NCBI GenBank assembly: GCA_030141605.1 | Contig: JAQGDQ010000650.1 | Span: 1-64,000, forward strand | Length of the DNA: 64,000 bases | Source: Tubiluchus corallicola | Taxonomy: Eukaryota; Animalia; Priapulida | Direction: 5' to 3' | Part shown: positions 50,501 to 62,730 of the stretch, piece by piece | Layout of the letters: each line of letters starts with the position of its first letter | Position numbering within the stretch: the first letter of the stretch is position 1 | Translations under genes and position numbers: made by a program | Notes under the pieces: generated by a model | Told to the model about the DNA's origin: nothing | Databases searched by the model: none | What the model saw: the letters and a program-made list of their open reading frames with translations, nothing else

Positions 50501-53500
50501 ATATCAAAGATTTATTTATTTGTTGATTTAAGTTTGACAATAATACATCAAAGAAAAAGTGAACTGAATTTGTGTTCTCAGTATTTTAAAAATTAAAAAC
50601 ATAAAACTTACATTGCACAACAGGACAGCTGCTAATGTAACTTTATTGTGATTAAATTTGTACCTTGTGTAAACTTTAACTTTTTTGTTGATTAGCAATA
50701 TGTAGAAGCAGCACAGTTATATGAAAAAGGTGAATATTACGATAAGGCAGCTGCTGTGTATGTCCGCAGTAAAAACTGGTAAGATAGAATTTTTATTAAA
50801 TTCACATGAGTGCCTACTTTTCAAAACATCTTACACACTTATTTATTCAATATTAAAGCTTTGTGCTGATTTACCTGACATAAAAAGTACAACTGTAACA
50901 CCTGCAGATGGAACACCTTATTTAGTGAGCACCGGACGTAATATAAATTAACAACATTTCTTAGAACTAGTTTGTTAAAGTTTAGCATGCACTTACAACA
51001 TTAACACACGAATAAGTGGGAAGTTTTGAATGATTTCTAAAAGGATTTCTGAAGATAAGGCGTTGCTGTTGATGCTTATGGAACAAGTCTAGCTCATTGA
51101 AACACATTAACTAGTCATTATCACTGGGCATCAGAAGGCTTGTCGTGAAAAAATTGTGGCTGTTTTACATATGAGATGCTGGAAAATGATAAATTTGTTG
51201 TATTGCAGATCTTGAACATTGTGCTCCCAAGCTTGCTCAATTTTTTATTATAAACTTGTTATTAGAATGACTTACTATTTCCTTAGGAATAAAGTTGGGG
51301 AGTTGTTAAAACTGGTAAACTCGCCTAAGATTCATGCCCAGTATGCTAAGGCAAGAGAATCAGAAGGCAAATATAAGGAAGCAGTGAAAGCATACGAAGG
51401 TGCAAAAGACTGGGACAGTGTGGTTAGGCAAGTAATTCCATTTCTTAAATTTTTACTATTGTAAAGTAATTTGCAAAAAACTGTCTATAAAATTAATTTA
51501 TGCTACTGCTGTGTAGAACTTTTCGGGCATGGTGGTAGTCGCCATTTACTTGAAACTTATGACGTAAGTGGTGGACATCGTGACTTTCAGTAAGCATGCA
51601 CTGCTTAAATTATTTCAGATTTCTACAGCTTGCCTAAAGTTCATTCAAATTAGCCATCTAATTTTTTTGTAAAAACTTATTGTACTTTTGATGGAAATTC
51701 ACAGTGCACTACCCTTTTCCAGTCGATCAACGACGTCATTGGTGGAGGAATGGGTGTTTTGAGAACCCAAGCATGAAATGATCACATCTTTAAAGTGATT
51801 TTAACTAATTGCACAAGTCGCTTGTCATATTTTTGTTATTAAATCCTTCTAAAAATTTTCGCAAACATCTTAACAAGCCTAGCTTCCCAGAAGGCTTTGC
51901 CTTTCCTTTAATGCGAGTATGAAATATTAGTATTTCATAATACAAAATGAAAAAATACTGCAATGCAAATTTTTTTATCTGAATTTGTTTTTTCTTTCCA
52001 TAGGCTTAATTTAGAGAATCTTAACAACCCAGAAGAAGCTGTTCGCATTGTCCAAGATACACAGTCAGTTGAGGGAGCAAAGATGGTGGCAAAGTATGAC
52101 ACTTTTTTAAGATTTTCTTATTGTATCAAACGGAGTATTCATCCTTATTGGATAATATCTGCCTAGATGCAGAGTATGGCTGTTCATCAATCAAGTTTAT
52201 TTACAAATGTTTAATATAATGACTGTCCTATGCTATAACTTTTCTGGTTTAAATTAATTTACTTATAATTAATTTAATAACTATCCTGTACCCTACTTTT
52301 CCTAGTTTAAATTTACCAAAATAAAACTTAGAAATAACACTATCTCTGTTCAGTTTAGTAGAATACTTTTTCAAAGCAATTTGCTAGGTTTTGCAGACAG
52401 CTGTTCTGGTGTACAATGAATTTTTATAGCTCTCCAATCCACACCAAACTGCCCAAGAAGCACAAGCTATTGCATTTGCAGACAATATTTAGGCAAAACT
52501 TTAGTTCACCTTTTTAAATTATATTGTGGAAACCTATGGGTCCACCTTGAACTGTAAGTAAAATTATTACATCCCACATTAGACAGATTATCCAGCCAAA
52601 ATTAGTTCAAGTGTATGCATTCCCAATCTTACAAAATCAAAAACTCGAATTTTGAAGAAAAGAAACATGAATGGAAAAACTTCCAATAATGAGGGTCATT
52701 TGCTTGCTTCTCGTGACTCCCATTTTCAAAAAAAATCATGAATGAAAAGGTACTGGATTAAACACTTTGTATGCTGTATGAGTGCTCATAAATGATGTAG
52801 CTTCACTGTTAGACGAGGAAATCACAAATGAGTAAATATATGTACGATAGATCTGTGATTTAAGGCAGCCAAAATACAATGAACTGCTACTGTCAATTTT
52901 CTTGCTCAAGATTTCAAAATAAAACTGCCACAAAAAATAACTTATTTTCTAGATTCTTCTTAAAGTTAAACGACTATTCGTCAGCCATACAGTTTCTAGT
53001 CTTGTCTAAATGCAATGAAGAGGCTTTTCAATTGGCACAAACCCATGGTCAAATGGAGACGTATGCTGAAATAATAGGTCTGTGCTCAATTATATTAAAT
53101 TCATCTGTTATTATTTGTGAAGTATGTTTTGAAGTTCTAATTGAATTATAGAAATTTTAATTACTTGTTTCTGGTTATAAAGTAAATAAGGATCTTTGGT
53201 GATGTATTATTCATTCTCGCTTTTGTCTATTTAATAATGCACAGGTCCCGATACCACACGAGAGGATTATCATAGCATTGCCCTGTATTTTGAGAATGAA
53301 AAGAAGCATTATTTGGCTGGGAAGTTTTTCTTCTTGTGTGGTATGCACACCAGGGTACGTAATACTAACATTAATATTTACTAAGAAGACTCAAACTCAA
53401 ACAAATTTGGCATTAAATAAGGTAACAGAGAGAAAGGATTTTCACACTGAATGTTTTGTATTTTTACTTTTGATAGTCACTGAAGCACTTGCTGAGTAGT

Positions 53501-56500
53501 GGTGATGATGCACAATCAATGGAGTTGGCTATAGAGTGTGTAGGACAAGCCAAAGATAGAGATCTGACACACATGCTGATAGATTTTCTAATGGGCGAAG
53601 CAGATGGCATTCCAAAAGTATTTTACCTTCCTAGTACCTTAATACCTGAGGCACAAGTTTTTGCTAGTTTTTACTTTAGTATACAAAATATATGCATAAT
53701 TATATTTTCATTTTACAAGCATTTGCCTTTGGGCAGGAATTTTGTTTTTTTTTGTTATTGCCACATGAAATTATTAAATAAACACTTAAATTACTCCTTA
53801 TGATACAGCAGAATTCACTTAGTTAAGTCCACAGATAATAAATCCAGCAAGTTATTGTGGCCACTTTGGCTGAAATAGAAATATATAATGTGTTAATGCT
53901 GTAAAATCCGCTACTTATTAAATCCAAATTCCGCTTTATAAACTGACCTTGTGAGTTGTGAACATAATAAAATTGTAATACTACATAATTTAACTTGAGA
54001 TAGATAATCATATTTGTTCTAAACATGTTTTACAAGTTTGCATTTTTTCTCTTAATTCTTTGTCTTTTATGGTTTGTGGTTTAATTTACTACTCTCTTAG
54101 TTTTAAAGTGCAGAAGCATCAGCCAAGCACAAGTTCAGAGATTTAATTAGGATAAACTAACAGGCCAATTCTAACTGATAAACCATTGTGCACATGAGAA
54201 CATTAATGACTCAAATAAATAAATGCTGAATCTCATTGATATCTAAGATAAATACACTGCATTTTTTAACTTGGCAAGCAACTTGTCACATATAAAGGGT
54301 AATGACATCACAGATAAACAATACATATTTTATGCAAGTTACTTTAATCATAGCAATGCACATTACTGAAGAACCTTTCGCAGGCAGTTTATTGAGTGTT
54401 AAGTGTAATGGCTCTATAAATAAACAATACACGCTGTAATGACATAGAAAAAGCTGCTAATAGTTCGGTTCACAAATTAAGCTGCTTAATAAATCCATTT
54501 AGCTTCGTACCAAGGTGGATTTATTCAGTGGATTACACTGTACATATTTTATTTTCAAATAAAATATGCATAGTTTGATGAATTTCATTTTTAACGTACA
54601 TTTTGCACTTGCATGGCAAGCCTAGTCAGTATAACTGCACAATAGTTTAGTGGAAGCCAAAGAAGAAAAACCTGTCTGGGTTCTTTTTCTGTAGAAATTG
54701 TTTCACGTGCTCTTGGCTAATTTTAAGCAAAAGAAACCTGAATTACTTATAAATGTGCTTAGGATGCGAAGTATCTGTTCCGGCTGTATATGGCTTTGAA
54801 TCAATACCGGGAAGCGGCCAGGACAGCTATAATCATTGCAAGAGAAGAACAATTTGCAGGTACCTATAACAACACTTATATTCTCTCTTTCTCTTGTTAA
54901 ATGTACAGCTTTAGAGCTTTTTTGTTTGTTCTTGTTCGTGGATTTGAGTTGTATTTTTTATGTTAAAATTTTAAACTAAGGTAAAAAAAATGGAAGTACA
55001 TTCAAATGGAAGGCAGACATCTGTTTCTTGTATCAATGAAGGTTGACAATTGTCATTGCATTGAAAATAATGAAAAGTGATGTTTGTGTTGTATGTTTCA
55101 CCTATTCGCTTTACTAATTAATGGTTCAAGACACCATTTCAGTAAGTTCAAGATCAAAACCAAACATTTCTGATATAAAACGTATGGCTGTCTTTGGTAA
55201 AAACAGAGTTTAATTCAATTCCTGCATAGCAAGAAGAAGCTTCTTTTGCAAAGTTTTCCCTATAATGGTGTTGCACTAGGTTTCTTCTCAAGCGCTGACA
55301 AACTGCTTGAAAATTGTCTTAATGTAATCACATACATTTGTCCTTAATGCATAGCTTCACATCACAACAGTTTGCCCGTGGTACAGCTGTTTAAAGTCTT
55401 TCATGTTTCATCCATTGCTTCTTCTTTTTTGTAATTTTCTACACTGTCTTCAAATGTTGCAAGAACATGTTCGCACAGTGTTGACAATTCCTCTAAACCA
55501 CGTCTGAGCACATCAGCAGCGGGTACTCCTTTTGTCTGAATACGCATGTTGATTCTAAAAAATAGAAAAATAGCAAACTAAACCACTTTTTAGTCACAGT
55601 AATGTCATAAGAAACATCAGTTAAATAAAAACACGTGGCAATTTTTTTCAAAGTTTGTATGTAGATCTATTTTAGACCTTATTCTAGTGTATGAGAAGGA
55701 AAAAGAACAAGCTGTATTACGAAGAGTGTCAATGTACTTTTAAATGATCTGTTTTTGCACTTTCAGTGCTACACTTAATATGTTCTTTTTAGGTATAACA
55801 GCTAACACAATACACCTTCCATGTGCTTTATAGTTTATATGAAGCTAATCATTATTTTAATCACTACCTGTTTTCTGAAGGGTGCGGTACGCTATACCCA
55901 CAAAACTCTACATCTGGGTTTTTCATGATCACGTGTCTGAGTGAGTTGCCTAGAGTATGATCCTCTCCGTTTAAAACGAATGTTCGACAAGTCTCGTCTT
56001 GCATGTTTTCAGTTGGCATAACCTCTAGTACCCTTCTCGAATTTTGCTCCATGATGGATGCCAGTTAATATAGTTCTGCAGTGATAATAAGAGGTTTAGC
56101 TTTTTGGTTTAGAGACTGACTTACTACAAGCACCAGGTTCCTGAGTTTTAATATTAACAGGAAAATAGACATTTTGTTTGGAGCTCAAAATCTTGGCTGG
56201 CATTATTTTCCATTAAAGTCTAGTGATCGTCTAACAAAAATGAGCTTTACGCATCTGTTGTAAGTTAAGCAACAAATCTAGTTATCAACAAATATGCAAC
56301 TAGTGACTAAGGCTTTAATAAGAGGAGATATGTAGTTATTTATTTCATTCATTTTTAGGGAACTATAGGAATGCACATGATGTTCTCTATAGTATGTACA
56401 AGGAATTGCGACTTCATCACATCAAAGTTTCAACAGAAATGAGCACAAACTTGATGATCTTACATAGTTACATACTAGTCAGGGTAATTATTCATTGTTA

Positions 56501-59157
56501 TTTGTCTCATTCCCCATCAAGCAGTTTAACCACCCATTATATTGCACTGTAGTAGTCACAGTATTTCATAACAAACATAATACGATCCAGTTATTAATTT
56601 CACGCAATTTGCCTTTTTGGCATGATATTTCATCAGACAATCACATAACAAAAGCTTTCACTTCAATATTCTGTCATCATATTTATATATATTGTTGATT
56701 TCTTCTACATTTTCATAATCAAACTGCAGAATCTGAATTCAGTTTAAAACCACTGGAAAGTAATAATCACATTCATCCATTCATGACTTATGAATCACGT
56801 CTTTCCAATCTGGGAATTACTTTTGCGACAGATAATTTGTATGTAACTGAAATGGTTGATGGTTGTACTGCACTGTACACTACATGAAGAAAAAAGAATA
56901 TTTCTAACTAAATTTCTGTTTACATTAGATTCACGTAAAAAGAGGAGATCATCTCAAGGCTGCACGGCTGCTAATTAGAGTGGCAGATAACATCAGCAAA
57001 TTTCCTGCACGTAAGATGACATTTGATTTTTAACTTTCGTGTTCGTCAAATTATAAACAAAGAGGTGAGATGCAACAACGTAAAGTTTCATGACTCATAG
57101 TAACTTCATATTATCTTTATGTTATGTCATTGTATGTCAAACCTTGCAATGTGGTGTCATTAGTTGTAGCCTCTCCGTACTTACACTTTTGTTGACTGTC
57201 ACATTTTGCAGACATTGTACCCATATTGACGTCAACAGTTATTGAATGCCAGCGATCGGGACTAAAAACTTCAGCTTTCAGTTATGCAACCACGTTAATG
57301 CGATCAGAGTATAGACAACAAATAGATCTAAAGTACAAAAAGAAAATAGAAGCCATTGTCAGGTAGAGTAAGTAATGCAACTTGAAAAAAAACTTAATTT
57401 CTTGTAACTAGACAAATTACTTTAAATTAAATTGTACATGTAAATATGGTAAGGGGTAATGCTAAGAACTAAAGATGATAAAGGCATAGATGAAAAATGT
57501 GTTTCAACTTTTTTTTCAAATTAGCTCGCAATTAACAGTTCTGGCATTCACAGTCATAATTCAATTAATGAAAAATGCATTTCAACTGTGCAACAACAGA
57601 AAGAGAGATTATAAGTGTTGTTATGTGTACTTGCAAATTGTCTTTCTCTTTTAAACAGTGTTCATGTGGATCTTTATGCCAAAATTATTCTCTAGTTAAC
57701 TACATGGGGCAAATATTGACTTTTTTAGGAAACCAGATAAGACAGAAGAAGAAGAACCATTATCTCCGTGTCCATATTGCGGTTTTGAATTGCCAGAGAT
57801 GGAACTGAGTTGCCCAGAATGTAAAAATACCATTCCATACTGTATCATAACAGTAAGTAGAAGACTTATAATTTTTGAAAAAGTAAAAAATACTATTGCT
57901 ACATTTTGTGAAAGCATTAATCAAGAAGTTTGCCATAAAGAAGGTCATTTTACATTTTTTGCCTTGAAGAGGTAACAAAATAGAATAAGTAAGTGAAGCA
58001 TATTTATTTTTGTCCCACAGCTAAAGAATAATATACATTTTACAGGGTCAACATGTGATAACAAGTGACTTTGCTGCTTGTCCACAATGTGATTTTCCAG
58101 CTCATTATTCTGAATTCGTCAAGTAAGTTCCAAAAGCTAAAATTAAAAGTACTAACTTAATTAAACACCACATTGTCGATGTTTCATTTTCTATGTCTGT
58201 TGTTTGAGGAGTTATGATTACCTTAACTGTTAAATCCTTAGTGATACTTTTCTCAAGATGTTACTCATATATCACAAATGCCGATACACATTTAATTCTT
58301 TTTGATAACAGCTTGGCTGAGGAAACAATGCTAATTCTGCTAGTAAAGGCGATAGTGACACTTTAAATTAGAAAGCAATCCAAAATGTAACCCTATTTCA
58401 GATCTGAGTTCTAACATTCTTTGTCCAGTAAAATCTGCATACCTACACTATCTACACAAGAGGAAGTAATTAAAACCATATACAGTGAAATTCTTCATGA
58501 CTGTGGCATACATGAAGTGAAAATTTTTATGAAAAAAAGTCCAACCGAAGAATGGTAAAAAATGTTGCCCTATTTCAAGTAAGACTTGTGCCTTTTCCCA
58601 CTCCACATAGCACTCACGCGACACACTAAGCGTCAAGTGTGTAAAAAAGAAATCAGAAGACTGATACCATTCTTCAGCAAGCTGCAATAGATTTTATCAA
58701 TGAGTAACAGAGAGTGTATTTAACAAGGTTGGAAAGCAACTAAGGGAGTATTTTTAGAAAAAGTAATGAGTAATGACTTCTGCTGGAACTATGCAAAAAA
58801 AATTATAGGTGTCTTTGATGTTGACATGTGCAGTGATATAACCACTGATGCTGTCACACAGTGCGGTCTACTTTCTCTAATGATGCCACTGCTGACACAA
58901 AACTGCTGCCGCAAAGAGTATGCAATGCTATATCAGTTAGCACAAAACTGGATGTGACAGCCTAATAAATGTTACCATCGGCGATATTTTTTTTGTAAAT
59001 TCCACTAACAGTAATTAAACCATCTTTACTGGTACATTTTTTCAGGCTATTAGAAACAGAGACCGTGTGTACAATGTGCTCAACAAAATTAGCTGCAAGT
59101 GATTTACGTAAAACAGAGGAACTGCAGCGATACCTCCACCCTGAAGGAGAAGAGTGA
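29522..59157 (+). CDS. WDR19: WD repeat-containing protein 19 / intraflagellar transport protein IFT144, 1348 aa
   Basis: 34 coding exons (4047 nt, in frame): 29522-29530, 29867-29958, 30312-30377, 31377-31502, 32824-32922, 33411-33624, 33862-33974, 36460-36541, 36899-36990, 37606-37849, 40105-40228, 41563-41669, 42544-42666, 43362-43511, 43672-43752, 45382-45448, 47507-47673, 47989-48133, 48690-48862, 49220-49329, 49707-49911, 50696-50778, 51287-51427, 52004-52093, 52953-53077, 53245-53354, 53477-53617, 54763-54859, 56359-56483, 56929-57010, 57212-57362, 57729-57852, 58046-58122, 59046-59157. Signature sequences: [66 protein letters not shown], and a C-terminal Cys-rich zinc-binding region. 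Confidence 0.97.
30408..31239 (-). mobile_element. MITE family A, copy 3
   Basis: TA|CAGTAAGCCTTCACTTAACGATGC ... GCATCGTTAAGCATGGACGTACTG|TA; reverse-complement similarity to 478-600. Confidence 0.8.
34652..36160 (+). mobile_element. decayed Tc1/mariner-superfamily transposon
   Basis: Frameshifted transposase motifs [23 protein letters not shown] (about 35653) and [10 protein letters not shown] (about 35736; compare WPP.SPDLNP). Inserted next to a TA-rich tract. Ends are approximate. Confidence 0.75.
38149..38488 (+). repeat. direct repeat C, copy 1 (WDR19 intron 10)
   Basis: High similarity to 40904-41267 (e.g. GTGATAATAAATTATCAGGAAACA; GTTGGCGAGTGAGACTA; TAGCTGCCGAAATATATGTTAA). Confidence 0.9.
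38601..39565. mobile_element. Tigger/pogo-like MITE, 965 bp
   Basis: TIRs CAGTAGGCGCCGCTTAATCGACTCA and TGAGTCTATTAAGTGGCGCCTACTG match at 23/25. TA on the left, TT on the right. Confidence 0.88.
40572..40625. repeat. perfect 27-bp tandem duplication
   Basis: TTATTTTATACTTGCATACTTCTGTGT x2. Confidence 0.9.
40904..41267 (+). repeat. direct repeat C, copy 2 (WDR19 intron 11)
   Basis: Partner of 38149-38488. Confidence 0.9.
42698..42862. mobile_element. small MITE-like element
   Basis: AGACTAGCGAGTTTTCTTGC is inversely repeated as GCGAGAAAACTTGTTAGTCT. AGTTTACTTGGCGA occurs twice internally. Confidence 0.6.
44340..45250 (+). repeat. interspersed repeat family B, copy 2 (empty hAT target site at about 44587)
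   Basis: Colinear with 8230-9695 but contains a single TCTAGGAC. It may extend left to about 43930. Confidence 0.7.
45572..47340 (-). mobile_element. 5'-truncated, decayed CR1/L2-type non-LTR retrotransposon (reverse transcriptase)
   Basis: ORF 46582-46953 has RT motifs [15 protein letters not shown]...[14 protein letters not shown]...QH.F...STATQLL...YLHFMKAFD. The 3' end terminates in a (TATG)n tail at 45572-45590. Confidence 0.88.
51428..52003 (+). other. GC-AG intron (WDR19 intron 23)
   Basis: AG|GCAAGT donor. Only this junction keeps the frame ([16 protein letters not shown]). The GT 4 nt downstream would cause a frameshift. Confidence 0.85.
55401..56052 (-). CDS. POLR1D: RNA polymerases I and III subunit RPAC2/AC19, 112 aa, nested antisense in WDR19 intron 28
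   Basis: Exons 56052-55868 and 55554-55401 are separated by a GT-AG intron (55867-55555). Translation: ...[79 protein letters not shown]..., the RPB11/AC19 signature with AC19-type residues. ATTAAA on the minus strand at about 55209-55214. Confidence 0.95.
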
Positions 59158-59583
59158 ATCAGATAAAGAGCCCTCACTGAATTGCAGGCGTGTGAACCAA
59201 ATATGTGAAACCAACAGAAAAATTTTTTATTTAAGATTTACACAAGAGTGAAACCGTTGCACTTAATATTGCATAGTATAAAACATCTAGAAGGAAGCAA
59301 CTTAGCACCAATTTTAATCTTATCCATATTAAACTATCTGTGCCCATTTCTTCACTGCACCAAATGTAAAGGACTTAAAATTAGAATCTGATAGGTTGTT
59401 ATCCTTCTACTGCAAACCACTCAAATAACGGTGAACTTGCATGCCACGAAGATATGGTTTTTAATGTTAACCAAGGCAGCTTTTGAAGTAATCATGCTAC
59501 ATGAAAGCACATTCAAAACAAAATGAACAACACAATGATTATCTCTCAGATGTTATCTGATATCTGAATCTGTTGTAATACCA

Positions 59584-60835
59584 GGCCCAGAAAAAAAAAT
59601 GTGTTTGTTTCCGGTTGCCGACTGACTATTTTTTACGTACTACTTGATTTATTTTTTCTTCCATTTATCAAAATAAAATTTTTACTTGCCTTTCGATTGC
59701 TGACCAGATTCACGTTTTATACAGGTGCTTCTATTATGCAAACAAAATGACCAGCGGTCACCCGTGCAACTTGTAACTTGATAACCCAGTAGTTCCCACT
59801 TATCAGATACCATAGCAGTTATCAGACATCACTGCAGCCTGCACAGTGTGATTCATAATGAAACAATGTGATAGTGATTGTTCACAATAAAGTTGTTTGT
59901 AAATATTAATATAGATGTTTGTTGCTATGTGGGCTGTGTCAAAAAAAACTAACCATCTTCACTATTGATTAAAATGTAGAAATTCTGAATTTTTGTAAAA
60001 GTTAAAGTAAGCCTCTCAAATCATTTAATTTACCGGCGAGTTTGGACGCAGCACAGTTTTTATTCTAGAACTTTTTAAGTAACCTAATAACTAAAGTCTA
60101 ATATGAAGAACATCTTGAGATAAGGTACACAAGAAAGTGATTCAGAACTATTGCAATGCAAAAATTGTAGATAGTTAGTGCAGCTACATTTACTACAAAA
60201 AAACTGTAATAAAAGTAAAAATTAAAAGATGTAAAAAATTAAATAATTAAGCAGTAAAGTTATATAATATTAAGAAGTTTCTTTTTATTTTATGCAGTAG
60301 CTAAGACGCACTAATATTCAGCCATACATTAAACATAAATGATCTGGTGATGAGAATAACTTGGACACTAAGTGGTGAAACTGCTTGAGTGTTACCTGTT
60401 CTTATGATCACTACCCAGTAGGGGTGAGCATTCTCTACCAGAAAGCGAATTTGAATCGAACCGAACTAAAAAAACTCGTTCGAATCTCGCTCGACGTTCG
60501 ATGCTCACCCCTACTGCCCAGTGGCCAGTGCTGGTGTTTACACTTTCATGTTCATATGCTGGTTTATTCATTTTAATTGAAAAAAGAAAGATCAAGCACA
60601 CAGAAGCATATTTGTCTTTTATTAATTAATTAAAAAAATAATTGCTGTGTTTCTTTAATAAAAATGACACCTTTAAATAAATGCAAAAAAGTGAAGAACT
60701 CTTCAAAGTGAGACTTCATAATCTTGTCAAAAATCAGTTAATTTGCATCAACGTAGTCACACGACAAAACAAAAAAATAAAATCCCTACCTACCCATAGC
60801 ATAAAGTGTAGCAACAAATCGGAAACAAACAATTG
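59584..60835. mobile_element. non-autonomous DNA transposon with Zator-like termini
   Basis: Left end GGCCCAGAAAAAAAAATGTGTTTGTTTCCGGTTG; the right end contains the inverted CGGAAACAAACA. Superfamily is assigned from recalled terminal style only. Confidence 0.5.
60419..60513. mobile_element. 95-bp hAT MITE
   Basis: Perfect 13-bp TIRs TAGGGGTGAGCAT / ATGCTCACCCCTA; 8-bp TSD CTACCCAG / CTGCCCAG (7/8); internal TCGAA repeats. Confidence 0.88.
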
Positions 60836-61745
60836 GCGCAAAGCAGCATAAATATCTATTTACGAGGAAATACAAAAATATATAAATTTTTAAAAGCGAT
60901 GCAAGGACAAAATCTTCATAGCATAAAATCATTTTATGTAACTGTATCACTTTAACGTTGTAGCCATGATTTCATGGATGACATTCTTATTAGCACTTTT
61001 TCTATAGTTATCCATCCACATTGTACATGTACACTGTAGTAATACACATGTAGCATTTCTATATTACCATTTGAGTAGATATTAGTCTCTTTATTGAAAT
61101 CACTTTGGGAATAGTGAGAGTACATTATTTTAAAGTAACAAATTAAAATAAATTTCAATCTTTTATTCAAATTTTTAATGCCGTTTCCATTTTAGAGTAT
61201 ATGTGATATTGACAATTGTTATATTATATAGTTGAGTGGTTGAAGCTCATAAACACTGTTGTCACTTATAACATTTATTTCGTTGTTTCCAGGTTTTGTG
61301 CAATCAATAAATGCTCGCATATGCAAGAAGTAAATACGAAGTTGCATCTTTCCTACAATAAAAAATAACGAAAGTACCAATGATTTATAATTTTTTTAGT
61401 CGGCAATATAGCAATTATTAGCAAACAAATGAACCTTGTAAGCTAAGGCTCATATCATCCATTTTGTTCTGACATCAGCACCACAACCTGCCGAAGCTTG
61501 TATATAAATAAGTCATTCTAAGAAAAATAATGTGGCCATTATGTGTAACATTCTTCTAACAAAGTATTTTACAAAGATTAAAGTGTAGGTAATAAAAATT
61601 TGAGTTCTCTAGACTGCAGCTGACTGATATCATTATGATATTATATAGTGATATATTCTAGACAAAAGGTTTCAGTTCATACAAACATAAAAAAATGGGC
61701 CAAACGTGGCTTTTTCAGAAACAAATCCTGCCCGCATGTGCACAC

Positions 61746-61925
61746 CAGCGTTGTAGTACTCTAGTCTCAGAGTTGGACCCTAGTTGCAATTTGCTTTACA
61801 CTCGAACTCAATTTGGACTGACTCTGTCACTTACTCGAAACTTGACTTGGACTTGTAATAAATGACTTGTGACTTGACTCGGACTCTAAACAACGAAGCG
61901 CTGACTTGACTAGTGACTGGAACTG
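61746..61925 (+). mobile_element. hAT-like MITE end with GACTTG/GACTCG subterminal repeats
   Basis: CAGCGTTGTAGTACTC start followed by repeated GACTTG/GACTCG units. Confidence 0.55.
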
Positions 61926-62699
61926 CAGGAACGGTAAAACAAACAATAATTACGCATGTAATAACTTAGTAGTCAAATTGTTATTACTTGCAAAAGCATT
62001 TGAATCCCACGTTTGTTCGTAGTCTATAGCTTTTGCATCTACAATCAGTTAAAAAAATTTCCGTGTTATTATTTGAACATACCTTCGATATTGCATAAGA
62101 AAAATTCAAAATACATCATGCACAGCTTTTTCAACAGCAGGCTTTTCAAATTGGCTAATAAAACATTTAGTTCCCTGCTACTAGTATGCCTAATAATTGA
62201 GTTTAGTCTTCAAAGAAGTTTGTTAGCAAGAACATACAGGTTTGTCAGATATAAATCCCGAATTACTTTGTGTTGCGCAAACAATAGGTGCCATGCCTCT
62301 CTTTTTAGTTGTTCACACTTTTCGTGAGCACAGCGATACACGAAATTTGAATTTTAAGCTTAAAATTTGCTGGATTTTTGTACATCACACTGAATGTTGT
62401 ATAAGTAGCACTGTACTTCAATTTCCATTTTCGCAAACGGCTGTAACACGCTCGTGGAAATTTTTTGCTGTTAAAATTCATGTTCAGTTGTGGTGTCATC
62501 ACTCGCTCGCCTTTTAATAAGTTTTTAACCAGTTATTTAATTATCAGTAATGCTTTGGCATTATTATAGGTGTAGAAATGTATACTTCTTACCGTACTGA
62601 TGCTACTCAAGTTGATATTGCATTTCATTTATTTAAATACTATATAAATTAAATACTAATGAGCAATTCACAGTGAATCTGGTTATTACAATGCCTCAT

Positions 62700-62730
<31 letters not shown>

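Noticed and set aside
58448-58687. Minus-strand 79-aa ORF after an acceptor-like TTGCAG
   Set aside because: No recognisable homology, including to POLR1D isoform 2; the other frames close quickly.
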